Of a stretch of 40,957 nucleotides of DNA, positions 1 through 8,750 are shown piece after piece. A model generated the notes under the pieces. The model ran no database searches and was not told where the DNA came from. It saw nothing but the letters and a program-made list of their open reading frames with translations. Positions within the stretch are counted from its first letter, which is position 1. Each line of letters begins with the position of its first letter. The translations under genes were made by a program, and so were the position numbers. This stretch comes from Patescibacteria group bacterium (lineage in GTDB: Bacteria > Patescibacteriota > Patescibacteriia > CAIXNZ01): the NCBI GenBank assembly GCA_041651155.1, contig JBAZJU010000003.1, forward strand, positions 85,789-126,745, in the 5' to 3' direction.

Positions 1-1574
1 TCCCCTGTCAGAATTTTCACACTCACGCCTAAATCATTAAAAATGCGGATTGACTCTGCTGCGCTTTTTTTAGGCGGATCAATAAAAACCAAAGCGCCCA
101 GCAAAATTAAATTTTGCTCATCTTTAATGGAATATTTTTCTTTAGCAGGGATTTCTTTTTTTGCAATTAAAATCAGACGAAATCCGTCGTCTTCCAATTT
201 GGAAATTTTATTTTTTATTACGCTTAAATGCTTGCTTAAATTTTCTATTTTATTATTTAGTAAAATTGTATCGCAGATTTTAAGCATTTCTTCTATTGCA
301 CCCTTGCAAATCAATTCACGCTTGTTATTTTTAGCCAAAATCACACTCATGCGCCGGCGATAAAAATCAAAGGGCAGATTATCAATTATCTTATAGCCGT
401 TTTTATGGCTTAAATATTTCTGGCTATAATCATAGATGGCTTTATCTAAAGGGTTGGAAGCAAGATTTTTTTCTAAGGCATAAGAATTGCACAAACTGCC
501 TAAAAGTAAAATTTCCTCATTTTTTTTATCAGCAAAATCAAAATAATTTTTCAGTTCAATTTTACCTTCAGTTAACGTGCCTGTTTTATCAGTGCAGAGC
601 ACATCAGCATTGCCTAAATTTTCAATAGCCATTAAACGTTTAACAATTACTTGTTTTTCCGCCATTTTACGGGCACCGCGCGAAAGATTAATCGTTATAA
701 TTATGGGTAATAATTCGGGTGAAATACCTACAGCAATGGCTAATGAAAAAAGAAGCGCTTCCAGCCAGTTGCCTTTAAAAATTGCCAGAATTAGAAAAAC
801 AATAAATGAAAAAAAGATTATTATTCTAAATAAAAAATAACCAAAATCAGCAATGCCTTTTTGAAATTCTGATTGAGGCTCAATCTCAGTCATAAGGTTT
901 GCTGTTTGTCCCAAAAAAGTGTTTTGACCAATGGCGACTACAACACCTTTACCAGTGCCTTGAACAATATGACTGCCGGCAAAAACTAAATTGGCAGCTT
1001 CTAATGGCTGTAAACATACTTTAAGAGTATCAGCGTTTTTTTCAACCGGAAAAGATTCTCCGCTTAAAACAGCTTGATTTATCGCCAGATCATGGGTTTC
1101 AACCAAACGTAAATCTGCAGGCACAATTGAAGTTACTTGTAATAAAACCACATCGCCTAATACCAATTCCGTAGCATTAATTTGTTTTATCTTTCCTTCT
1201 CTTATAACTGTTGTTCGTAAAGAAACTTTATTTTTTAATGTCTCAATAATCTTTTCTGAACGATATTCCTGGATAAAGGCTAAAATCGCAGACATAAAAA
1301 CCATCACAAAAATAATAATGGCTGAAATATATTCGCCTAAAAATCCGGAAATTAAAGTCGCAATCAAAAGAATTATAATCAGCGGATTTTTAAACTGAGA
1401 TATAAAAATTTTCCAGGCTGGCCTGCTTTTTTGGCCGACCATTTCATTTTTGCCATATAAAATTTGGCGCCTTTTGACTTCTTGGGTATTTAAGCCACGC
1501 GGCTCAGTTTTTAAGACGCGATAAACATGTTCTGGCTCAAAGTCAATAAATTTTAGAATATCATTATTGGACAT
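1..1574 (-). CDS. P-type cation-transporting ATPase, MgtA-like; N-terminal ~524 codons, 3' end lies beyond the window start
   Basis: Absent from the ORF track because it runs off the edge. Reverse-complement translation from the ATG at 1572-1574 gives MSNNDILKF..RGLNTQEVKRRQILYGKNE, TM4 SPELLPIIIT, LCTDKTGTLT phosphorylation motif, FDFYRRRMSVI and IDPPKKSAAESIRIFNDLGVSVKILTGD at position 1. No in-frame stop seen. Confidence 0.85.
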   Translation of the reverse strand, partial: MSNNDILKFIDFEPEHVYRVLKTEPRGLNTQEVKRRQILYGKNEMVGQKSRPAWKIFISQFKNPLIIILLIATLISGFLGEYISAIIIFVMVFMSAILAFIQEYRSEKIIETLKNKVSLRTTVIREGKIKQINATELVLGDVVLLQVTSIVPADLRLVETHDLAINQAVLSGESFPVEKNADTLKVCLQPLEAANLVFAGSHIVQGTGKGVVVAIGQNTFLGQTANLMTEIEPQSEFQKGIADFGYFLFRIIIFFSFIVFLILAIFKGNWLEALLFSLAIAVGISPELLPIIITINLSRGARKMAEKQVIVKRLMAIENLGNADVLCTDKTGTLTEGKIELKNYFDFADKKNEEILLLGSLCNSYALEKNLASNPLDKAIYDYSQKYLSHKNGYKIIDNLPFDFYRRRMSVILAKNNKRELICKGAIEEMLKICDTILLNNKIENLSKHLSVIKNKISKLEDDGFRLILIAKKEIPAKEKYSIKDEQNLILLGALVFIDPPKKSAAESIRIFNDLGVSVKILTG

Positions 1575-1608
1575 ATCTTAAATAATTATAGCAAATTTTG
1601 GACATAAA

Positions 1609-1643
1609 TAAAAAACAGGGCAAAAGCATTTCCCTGTTTTTTT
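1609..1643 (-). terminator. intrinsic terminator after the 170-aa gene
   Basis: ACAGGG(1615-1620)/CCCTGT(1632-1637) stem flanked by an A-run and a T-run. Confidence 0.5.
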
Positions 1644-1666
1644 AAGTATATAGTAAGGTTAATTAT

Positions 1667-2179
1667 TTAATAAAGCGCGGCTAAGTTTGCAGCCAATTTT
1701 GAAACTAAAATTTCTTCTGGTCCGGTGACAATAATCAGATTGTTTGATTTAGTCAAAATTGAAGCCTGGCTGCGGCCTTCAAGATCAATTATTTTCATTT
1801 CGCCATTATTGTAGGTCCAGTCTGTGGGCATTTTCCTCATAAAAACTGCAACTAAATTTGCAGTACTTCCCCAGGCAGTGCCTTGGGCGCCTGAAATTTT
1901 TTCATTAACCTGGAAATAATTATTTGGGAAATTACCAGTTGGAGAAGCAAAAAGGTCACCGCTGGCTTTGCCTGCTTTAACGCCTGTAAAACCAGCCTTG
2001 GTTAAGTCAGCTATTGTTACTTTAAATTCACCGGCAGAATAAGCAGGATAAGCCACTGGGGCAGAGATTAAAATCGGAGTTGCTTCTGTTGGCGCCGGAG
2101 TTTGCGCTAAAACTGTAGAGCTAAGCGCCAAACAGGAAAAAATTATTAATAAAATAAATAGCTTTAAAAATTTATTCAT
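1667..2179 (-). CDS. secreted hypothetical protein
   Basis: 170-aa ORF with an N-terminal signal-like segment MNKFLKLFILLIIFSCLALSSTVLAQ. No motif recognised. Confidence 0.6.
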   Translation of the reverse strand: MNKFLKLFILLIIFSCLALSSTVLAQTPAPTEATPILISAPVAYPAYSAGEFKVTIADLTKAGFTGVKAGKASGDLFASPTGNFPNNYFQVNEKISGAQGTAWGSTANLVAVFMRKMPTDWTYNNGEMKIIDLEGRSQASILTKSNNLIIVTGPEEILVSKLAANLAALY

Positions 2180-2288
2180 ACATTTTTTAATTATTTATTA
2201 ATACTTACATTGTAGCAAAAATTGAGCCTTTTGTCTCTGGAGTTATCAACATTTTAAATATTTTATCTTCCCATGATCTGTATTTTAG

Positions 2289-3488
2289 CTAGGAGCCGGA
2301 AATATTAATTTTAAAGAATTCTTTGCCCTTGCTTGCCCAATTATCCTTGGACAAGTCTTCCATTTCAATAATATAATCAGTAATCACCTTTTCTTTTTCA
2401 GCCCGATCTTCTAGTAAATAAATATATTTAGCAACCAGATTATAATGTGCCAGTTCACGCTCATTATCATCTTCAATTTGCAGCCATATATAATTAGTAA
2501 AAGCCCAGCGAATAAATTCAGGGTCTGCCATACCCTTGTTTATTTTTTCCAGCAATTCCTGCTGGCTTGCTTCTTTAGTTTCCCCGGTGTAAGCGCCCTC
2601 GGGAATAATGCCGGCAATGGGCTTAAGCAGTGAATTTATATTTTCATTCAATTTCTCAGGATTATAACTAATATCTTTAACGTCATAAGCCGGGCGCATT
2701 AATAATTGAACGCGTTCAGGATGACTGGCTAAATCAATTTTAACCATTTCTTCTGCCAATTTTTGAGTTTGATTAAAAGTAAGATCGGTATGCAATAGTT
2801 TAAAAATCACATAGCCCCAGGGCAAATTTACCTTAGAACTTAATTGCGGAGTAAATTTAATCATCATTTGTTTTATAAAAGTAGAATGGTTCCTTGCACG
2901 TTGCGGTTCACCAATGGCATAGCCCTGGCGCAGCCGCAGCCACTGCATGGTTTCAGCGGCCGGCAAATCAAGCTGCCTAAAAATGCCCATGGCCTGGGAA
3001 AAACCGATAAAAACCAGATAATCAGCCTTTTGTCCCAGAATTTTTTCAATTTGTTTAACGCCATAATCCAAGCCTCCGACTTCGCATGATTTTGAGACGT
3101 AATAATCAGTCGGTTGATGGCCGCTTCCCGGCAACGGCGCATAAGTACCGCGCGGCACTGCTGTAATTGTCACCCTTTGCTTTATTTTATTAATTTCAAG
3201 CAGCTGAATGGCATCACAATGTCCATTTGTTTCACCAATGCGGTTATCTAAACCAATAAAAAGTATTTTTACTATCCCATCTGCGCCAAAAGGATCTGTC
3301 TTCTCAGAATTTAGGCTTTGCAGTCTGCGTTCGTCAATCATAGCTTGAATTTGCTTTTCTTGCTGGCCGGCTCGTGAATTATTAGTGTGCGGCAAAGAAA
3401 AAAAATTCGCCACTTTTTGCCAGATAAAAAATGAGCCTAGAACGGCTAAAATTAAAATTATGATAATAATTAAAATTATTTTTTTCAT
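2289..3488 (-). CDS. membrane-anchored LytR-CpsA-Psr (LCP)-like protein (divergent)
   Basis: N-terminal TM segment. KILFIGLDNRIGETNGHCDAIQLLEI..VTITAVPRGTY..YLVFIGFSQAMGIF resembles the LCP core pattern. Assignment made by eye only. Confidence 0.5.
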   Translation of the reverse strand: MKKIILIIIIILILAVLGSFFIWQKVANFFSLPHTNNSRAGQQEKQIQAMIDERRLQSLNSEKTDPFGADGIVKILFIGLDNRIGETNGHCDAIQLLEINKIKQRVTITAVPRGTYAPLPGSGHQPTDYYVSKSCEVGGLDYGVKQIEKILGQKADYLVFIGFSQAMGIFRQLDLPAAETMQWLRLRQGYAIGEPQRARNHSTFIKQMMIKFTPQLSSKVNLPWGYVIFKLLHTDLTFNQTQKLAEEMVKIDLASHPERVQLLMRPAYDVKDISYNPEKLNENINSLLKPIAGIIPEGAYTGETKEASQQELLEKINKGMADPEFIRWAFTNYIWLQIEDDNERELAHYNLVAKYIYLLEDRAEKEKVITDYIIEMEDLSKDNWASKGKEFFKINISGS

Positions 3489-3661
3489 ATCATTCTTGAT
3501 TATAGTTTAAGCCAGATTCTACCAAAATACAAATTTAAAAAAAGAAAGACCCTGATGAGTTTTTTATTCTTGCTCAGGGGTAAAATTAGTATCCGCTCCA
3601 ATAATTGACCTGCTAATTAATATTTGATAGAATAACATAATCTTATATTAATCTAGTAGTT

Positions 3662-5122
3662 ATGAATCCAGGCAATGTCATTATTCGTTTCAATGAAGTA
3701 TTTTTTCACTATGATAAAAATAAACCCATTCTGGCAGGGGTTAATTTTTCTGTGCGCGAAAATGCCAAAATCACCATCATGGGTCAAAATGGCGCTGGCA
3801 AAAGCACTATTTTTAAATTAATAATAAATGAATTAAAACCTGGCGAAGGCAATGTATCTGTTACTCCAGGGACAACTATTGCCATTGCCGCTCAAGTAAT
3901 GAAAAGAGAGAATTTAGCCAAAACTATTGAAGAGTATTTTAGCGAGGCATTTGCTAAAAAAAATTATGATCTGCCGAAGAAAATTAAAAAAGTTTTAGAC
4001 ATAGTTCATTTGGCTGCGCCGCTTGATAGAAAAATTATCCAATTTTCCGGAGGTCAGCAGGCGCGCCTGCTTTTGGCTTATGCTTTAATTCAAGAACCAG
4101 ACATTTTACTGCTTGACGAACCAACAAACAATTTAGATGCCGAAGGTATCGAGCACCTCACCCAATTTTTAATGGAGTACCCTAAAACATGCCTGGTAAT
4201 TTCGCATGATGCTAATTTCTTGAATACTTTTACTGAGGGCGTACTTTATCTTGATTCTCATACCCAAAAAGTAGCACAATATACGGGTAATTATTACGAT
4301 GTGCTGCTAGAAATTGAAGCCCAAATAGAACGCGAACGCGCCCAAAATGCGCAGTTAAAACGCAGTATTCAAGATCGCAAAGACAAAATTAATTTCTTTG
4401 CCAATAAGGGCGGAAAAATGCGTAGATTGGCCAGTAAGTTGCGCGATCAAGTTGCAGAAGCTGAAGACACAATGGTTGCTGAAAGACAAGAAGATAAAAC
4501 CATTAATAATTTTATAATCCCGGCTCAAACAGATATTCCCGGAGTTATTGCCAAAATAAAATCAATTGGCGTAATGATTGATCATCAGCCAGTTAAAAAA
4601 ACACTTGCCAATCCTATTGAGATCAGAAAAAATACAAAACTACTTATTAAGGGACCAAATGGTATTGGTAAAAGCACTTTATTAAAAGCTTTGGCTGAAG
4701 GACAAGAAAAAGGCGCCCAAATCACCAAAGATATCAAAGTTGGTTATTATCAACAAGATTTTTCCGGACTTGATTTTAATAAGACTGCTTATCAGGCTTT
4801 GGAAGAAATGATGGAAATACCATTTAACCAGACTATTTATGCGACTGCGGCGCAATTTTTATTATCGTCAGAAATTTTAAGAAATAAAGTCGGTTCACTC
4901 TCAGAAGGTCAAAAGGGCTTGCTTTGCTATGCCAGATTTGTTTTGCAAAAACCCGGACTTTTAATTATGGATGAACCAACGAATCATATTAATTTCAGGC
5001 ACTTGCCGATAATAGCCGAAGCCTTAAATAATTATAAAGGCGCTTTACTTCTGGTCAGCCATGCTTACGAATTTATTGACCAGATAGATATTACGCAAAC
5101 CCTTGATTTGGGATCACTATAA
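3662..5122 (+). CDS. ABC-F family ATPase (two tandem ABC domains, no TM segments)
   Basis: Walker A GQNGAGKST and GPNGIGKST. Signature FSGGQQARL and LSEGQKGLL. Walker B LLLDEPTNNLD and LIMDEPTNHI. Charged linker between the two domains. Confidence 0.85.
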   Translation: MNPGNVIIRFNEVFFHYDKNKPILAGVNFSVRENAKITIMGQNGAGKSTIFKLIINELKPGEGNVSVTPGTTIAIAAQVMKRENLAKTIEEYFSEAFAKKNYDLPKKIKKVLDIVHLAAPLDRKIIQFSGGQQARLLLAYALIQEPDILLLDEPTNNLDAEGIEHLTQFLMEYPKTCLVISHDANFLNTFTEGVLYLDSHTQKVAQYTGNYYDVLLEIEAQIERERAQNAQLKRSIQDRKDKINFFANKGGKMRRLASKLRDQVAEAEDTMVAERQEDKTINNFIIPAQTDIPGVIAKIKSIGVMIDHQPVKKTLANPIEIRKNTKLLIKGPNGIGKSTLLKALAEGQEKGAQITKDIKVGYYQQDFSGLDFNKTAYQALEEMMEIPFNQTIYATAAQFLLSSEILRNKVGSLSEGQKGLLCYARFVLQKPGLLIMDEPTNHINFRHLPIIAEALNNYKGALLLVSHAYEFIDQIDITQTLDLGSL

Positions 5123-5141
5123 CAAAATTTAAAATCTTAAC

Positions 5142-5176
5142 AAAAAAATCGCCTATGAAAATAGACGATTTTTTTG
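5142..5176. terminator. bidirectional terminator between convergent genes
   Basis: ATCGCCTA(5148-5155)/TAGACGAT(5162-5169) imperfect stem flanked by A7 and T7. Confidence 0.5.
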
Positions 5177-5196
5177 TAGAATTTTTAACAGACTGC

Positions 5197-5934
5197 TTAT
5201 TTATTGAATAATTTCACCAACCAACCGAAAAGGCTGAATTTGCTCTCATTGGTTTTAATGAAATCATTAATCTTTTGCTGTTCCTGGGTCAAGACTTGAA
5301 TTTGAGCCTGAAGCGAGGCTTTAGTTGCTGGATCAGTTGTTTTAGCTAATAAGGCGGTTAATTGGTTAATCTGATTTTGGGTTGTGACCATTTGGCTGCG
5401 CAACATGCCAAGATTTTTATAATCAGAACCTATTAAAAATGTGGTAATTTTACCCCTGCTATTAATTTTATCAATAGCCTGAGCCTCTTGTTCCTTGGTA
5501 TCATTCTGCGCCTGGGCAATGGCCTTTACCTGGTCGCCAATTCCGCTTTTGTCGTTATTAGCCGCGTTTAAAAGATTTTGCACAAATGTGGCAACTGCGC
5601 TGCGATGTTCAGCTCCAGTGACACCTTTGTTTTCGCCCTTGTTCTCATTAACATTTTCATTGGCGTTTTGATTAGAATTTTCATTCAAATTATCATTCTC
5701 ATTTTCATTGACATTGCGATTTGATTCGTTAAGATTACGATTTTCATTAAGATTTTGATTTGATTCATTTAAATTACGATTTTCATTTATATTAGCTCGT
5801 TTTTCGGCATTAATATTAGATTCATTAGATTTCGCATTGCCTGGATCTTCTGCTTTAACTATTATTGCCAGACAAAGAAATGTAACTATTATAAAAAGTG
5901 CAATAATTAAGGTAGTAATTTTAAATTTCTTCAT
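5197..5934 (-). CDS. secreted Asn/Glu-rich repeat protein with coiled-coil-like C-terminal half
   Basis: Signal/TM segment KITTLIIALFIIVTFLCLAIIV. Low-complexity NENRNLNESNQNLNENRNLNESNRNVNEN repeats. C-terminal FLIGSDYKNLGMLRSQMVTTQNQINQL segment. Confidence 0.6.
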   Translation of the reverse strand: MKKFKITTLIIALFIIVTFLCLAIIVKAEDPGNAKSNESNINAEKRANINENRNLNESNQNLNENRNLNESNRNVNENENDNLNENSNQNANENVNENKGENKGVTGAEHRSAVATFVQNLLNAANNDKSGIGDQVKAIAQAQNDTKEQEAQAIDKINSRGKITTFLIGSDYKNLGMLRSQMVTTQNQINQLTALLAKTTDPATKASLQAQIQVLTQEQQKINDFIKTNESKFSLFGWLVKLFNK

Positions 5935-6061
5935 ATTTTTAAAATTAACTTATTAAAATTGATCGACCTTTCATTATCATTATACGATAAAACCGGCTTT
6001 ATAATAAGGCAAAATTATGCACAGATATTTAAGCGGTTAAATAAGTATATTTTAATTGATA

Positions 6062-6470
6062 CTATATTAATTAGAGCACACCATTTCTGATGTGCTCTAA
6101 ATTTGCCAACTTGGAATGTTTCATCCATTTCTCTGGGGCAGTTGGAATGCCCGTGGCATTTTTATACCACCTGTTGTTTTCCACTTGCGTGGATGCTTGG
6201 ATTGTACATCCGTTGGGGGTACAGCAGCAATTCCCAAAGAAACAACCCCTCATCAGTCTCACGCTTTGAATTCTGACTCGTCTGGCAGAAACCCACGTGA
6301 AAGACATTGTTTCTCAACGGATATGTCCACCACAAGCCGGGTCCTTGCTCTGATTTATTTTGGCCTGTCAGAGTAGGTTTTGGTGGTTGGTCCTTAACCG
6401 AGGCGAGATTCGTCAGGCCGTTTGAACATTCATAAGCACCTCCTTTTCGCCTTATCACTCGTCAAAATTT
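6062..6470 (-). ncRNA. candidate structured RNA or long structured 3' UTR, unclassified (alternative: decayed foreign gene)
   Basis: Local G+C about 50% (31/60 at 6181-6240, 34/60 at 6361-6420 by hand count) in an AT-rich genome. Only short, mutually overlapping ORFs without SD. Several nested helices, including an 8-bp long-range pair (6208-6215 with 6315-6322), a GCAA-tetraloop hairpin (6180-6193, minus strand) and a terminal hairpin at 6063-6088. Confidence 0.35.
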
Positions 6471-6478
6471 ACTCTCTG

Positions 6479-7630
6479 TTATCTACTCCGCAAAAGTGGA
6501 TTAACATGTTTCTTAAACTCATGAATGGCCTCATCCCATTCTCGCCGCGCCTTTTTGTCCTTGGGTTTATCTAGTTGAAGCGCATGTGCGCGGAATATAT
6601 ACCCGAACATTGATACTAGTTCAATGTCGCCAATCTTGGGAAAATCTTCATTTTGATCTTTGGATTTGGCATTCTCCATGATCTCAATTATTGAACTGTG
6701 CAGTCTTTCAAAATCTCTGAACCAACTCTCCAAGGTTTTACCGTCTTTAACGGGTTTGTCTTTCATGATTGTGAAAAAAAGTTTGCCTGATTCAAACGCG
6801 ATTAGGTTCTCTCGTGTAGCTTTGGTTTCCGTTAAAAAACTTTGTGTAAATATGAGATAAGGACCACTACCCACCCACGGGGATATCATTTGAGGCAATG
6901 TGGACATCGGATCATAGTCCTGGATTCTATCACTGAATCGGCAGTCTACATTATTAACAATCCAATCCCTTATTTTTTTGTCCTTTGATGAGCGAAGCGC
7001 ACCTGGAAGTATTTCTTGTATTTTTTCTTTTGTTGTAAGCGGCACTACTAGAAAGTTACTTCCGATAGGATCCTTCCAATTTTCCCACCTATAGCCATAA
7101 GCCGGCCTGAGAAGTCCGTTGCCGTCCCAAACAACATTAGGATGACCCGAGAAAGGTGTTCCCAGAGGAAGCGGCACTACCTGCTGGTTAACATTCAAAT
7201 CTTTCCAGCAATAGCCATCGGCCGGCCTTAAATGTCCGTCACCGGTCCAAACAACATGAGGATGACCCCATACAGGAGTTCCGTCTGGTTCTGGTAAATC
7301 CGAATTATGACTATGACCGCCGTTATCATCATTATCCCCTGACTCTCCATGATAATACCCCGGATTTGGCTCTGGAGAACTTCCTCCACCACCCCCTTCT
7401 GGATGCGGAAGACTTCCCCCGCTCCAATTAACTGGACGGCCTGGAAAACGTACTATTTCCTCGTCTAAATCAATTTTAGAATTTAGATGACTTCCTCCCA
7501 CCTTGCCCAAGTCAATTTTACTAGAAACATGATCCGGGACAGCAACTCGATTGTTAAAAAAGAACACAACAGCCGACACTACCAGTAGAGCAAGAATAGC
7601 GACCAGATAAAACACACTCCTCTTTTTCAT
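6479..7630 (-). CDS. membrane-anchored orphan protein with Gly/His-rich linker and two 40-aa internal repeats
   Basis: ATG at 7630 is preceded by AGGAGG; the track start at 7663 is a TTG. TM segment SVFYLVAILALLVVSAVVFFF. Repeats GTPVWGHPHVVWTGDGHLRPADGYCW and GTPFSGHPNVVWDGNGLLRPAYGYRW. G+C is visibly higher than in neighbouring genes. Confidence 0.7.
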   Translation of the reverse strand: MKKRSVFYLVAILALLVVSAVVFFFNNRVAVPDHVSSKIDLGKVGGSHLNSKIDLDEEIVRFPGRPVNWSGGSLPHPEGGGGGSSPEPNPGYYHGESGDNDDNGGHSHNSDLPEPDGTPVWGHPHVVWTGDGHLRPADGYCWKDLNVNQQVVPLPLGTPFSGHPNVVWDGNGLLRPAYGYRWENWKDPIGSNFLVVPLTTKEKIQEILPGALRSSKDKKIRDWIVNNVDCRFSDRIQDYDPMSTLPQMISPWVGSGPYLIFTQSFLTETKATRENLIAFESGKLFFTIMKDKPVKDGKTLESWFRDFERLHSSIIEIMENAKSKDQNEDFPKIGDIELVSMFGYIFRAHALQLDKPKDKKARREWDEAIHEFKKHVNPLLRSR

Positions 7631-7686
7631 GATCTTTCCTCCTTTGGTTTGATTTTTAATCAAATCAACTCGACTTGATTAAAAGT

Positions 7687-7715
7687 ATCTTATTTTATTT
7701 ATCATAGAATGTCAA
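7687..7715 (-). promoter_or_regulatory. sigma70-like promoter for the 6479-7630 gene
   Basis: Minus strand TTGACA (7710-7715), 17-nt spacer, TAAGAT (7687-7692). Confidence 0.4.
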
Positions 7716-7930
7716 TACTAAAAAGACCCAGACTGAGGCTCTTTTCTAAACTCCGCGGGCAGGATTCTACCCTTGTTTTTTTTTAAGTAAAAACAAGTTT
7801 TATGAAATAGTAATTTTGACAGAGCTGGGACGCGAATAGTATGTATATTCCCATCGCCGTTATTTTGTACTAAAACAAACAAAACAAAAAATCGCCCAAT
7901 TTGCGACTTATTGTTTTCCTGTTTTGAAGC

Positions 7931-7959
7931 TTGCAAAAAATAAAAATAATTGCTATTAT
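7931..7959 (+). promoter_or_regulatory. sigma70-like promoter upstream of tRNA-Asn
   Basis: TTGCAA (7931-7936), 17-nt spacer, TATTAT (7954-7959). Confidence 0.45.
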
Positions 7960-7996
7960 GTAAATAACCGAATTTTCTAATTCTGTTTTTTTATTT

Positions 7997-8016
7997 AAAA
8001 CATTCCGGGGTAGCGC
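7997..8016 (+). repeat. direct-repeat copy of the tRNA-Asn upstream flank plus its first 13 nt
   Basis: AAAACATTCCGGGGTAGCGC (7997-8016) versus AAAATATTCCGGGGTAGCGC (8111-8130), 19/20 identical. Confidence 0.8.
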
Positions 8017-8117
8017 CCTCCTTCGCTTCGCTATGGAGGGCAGGCAGTCATGATTATTATTTACAACTTTCGCTGCGCTACCTCATTATAATTAAGTAAA
8101 TTAAAAATAAAAAATAT

Positions 8118-8189
8118 TCCGGGGTAGCGCAGCGGTAGCGCAGTTGGCTGTTAACCAATTGGTCGTGGGTTCGAATCCCACCCCCGGAG
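8118..8189 (+). tRNA. tRNA-Asn (anticodon GUU)
   Basis: Acceptor TCCGGGG/CCCCGGA, D stem GCGC/GCGC, anticodon loop CTGTTAA, T arm GTGGG-TTCGAAT-CCCAC. CCA is not encoded. Confidence 0.9.
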
Positions 8190-8269
8190 CACAAAAAAAT
8201 AGTTCTATGTTAGAGCTATTTTTTTATACCCAAGTAGGAATTAGAACTTTATTATGATATAATGAGAAT

Positions 8270-8728
8270 ATGAAAAATAATTTTTTTTCAGCAGTTATCA
8301 ATATAATTATTCTTATCATTGTTATTTTTGCAGTCAGTCTTTATTTTATTTACAATTCTCAATTGATTGGTCTAGTAATTTTAGGATTAGGTGTTTTTTG
8401 TCTTATATCATTAATTCCTTTTAAAGTATCAATCAATACAATTTGGCCCGATATTGTTTTTGGATTGATTGATAACGGTATTTTAGCGATTTTAGCGATT
8501 TTTGGCGGAGAAGTAGCTGGTGTTATGGGTGCAGTTATAGGTGGGGTCGTTGGCAATTCAATAACAGATGGCATTGCTGGCATATTTGAAGGTTATGTAG
8601 CTGAAAAAATGAGAAAAAATAATATTTCTGACCAACGAACAATGCTAGGTTCGGCTATAGGTAAAATGGCAGGATGTCTCTTGGGGGCTGGAATAGTTTT
8701 AATTATTGCCAACTTGTTCAATTATTAA
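8270..8728 (+). CDS. small Gly-rich integral membrane protein
   Basis: 152 aa with about 4 hydrophobic segments and GGEVAGVMGAVIGGVVGNSITDGIAGIFEG. No family recognised. Confidence 0.6.
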   Translation: MKNNFFSAVINIIILIIVIFAVSLYFIYNSQLIGLVILGLGVFCLISLIPFKVSINTIWPDIVFGLIDNGILAILAIFGGEVAGVMGAVIGGVVGNSITDGIAGIFEGYVAEKMRKNNISDQRTMLGSAIGKMAGCLLGAGIVLIIANLFNY

Positions 8729-8750
8729 ATTCGAAGATGTGGAGCAGAAC

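Noticed and set aside
43-840. Plus-strand ORFs 43..363 and 577..840, and the many similar 60-175 codon ORFs antisense to long genes (for example 2445..2633, 9404..9727, 28762..29286, 31622..31840)
   Set aside because: They lie antisense within clearly recognisable genes (P-type ATPase, LCP-like, rpoD, spermidine synthase-like, copA). They have low-complexity Ser/Leu/Phe/Ile-rich translations and no SD.
6249-6256. Hammerhead-like CUGAUGAG on the minus strand (and another at about 3553)
   Set aside because: A stem II-like GGGGU/ACCCC follows, but the obligatory GAAA and cleavage-site context are missing. This is a chance match to a short core.
6334-6342. ACCCGGCUU resembling the RNase P RNA P4/CR-IV strand; GGGAAUUGCUGCUGUACCCCCAACGG resembling part of a cobalamin riboswitch; GGUGGUA resembling a T-box
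   Set aside because: The partner elements (GAGGAAAGUCC; the GGUGxxAAUCC hairpin and B12 box in the right order; specifier and antiterminator context) are absent or misplaced. The downstream gene does not fit either.
6071-6458. ORFs 6071..6307(-), 6116..6376(+) and 6162..6458(-) as protein genes, including the Cys-rich GNCCCTPNGCT stretch as a possible RiPP core
   Set aside because: The three frames overlap each other. None has a ribosome-binding site, one starts at GTG, and the composition is GC-rich non-coding-like. No modification enzyme is nearby.
7091-7282. The two 72-nt repeats as a diversity-generating retroelement TR/VR pair
   Set aside because: The differences are not adenine-specific, both copies are in frame in the same gene, and no reverse transcriptase is in the window. 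This is an ordinary internal domain duplication.
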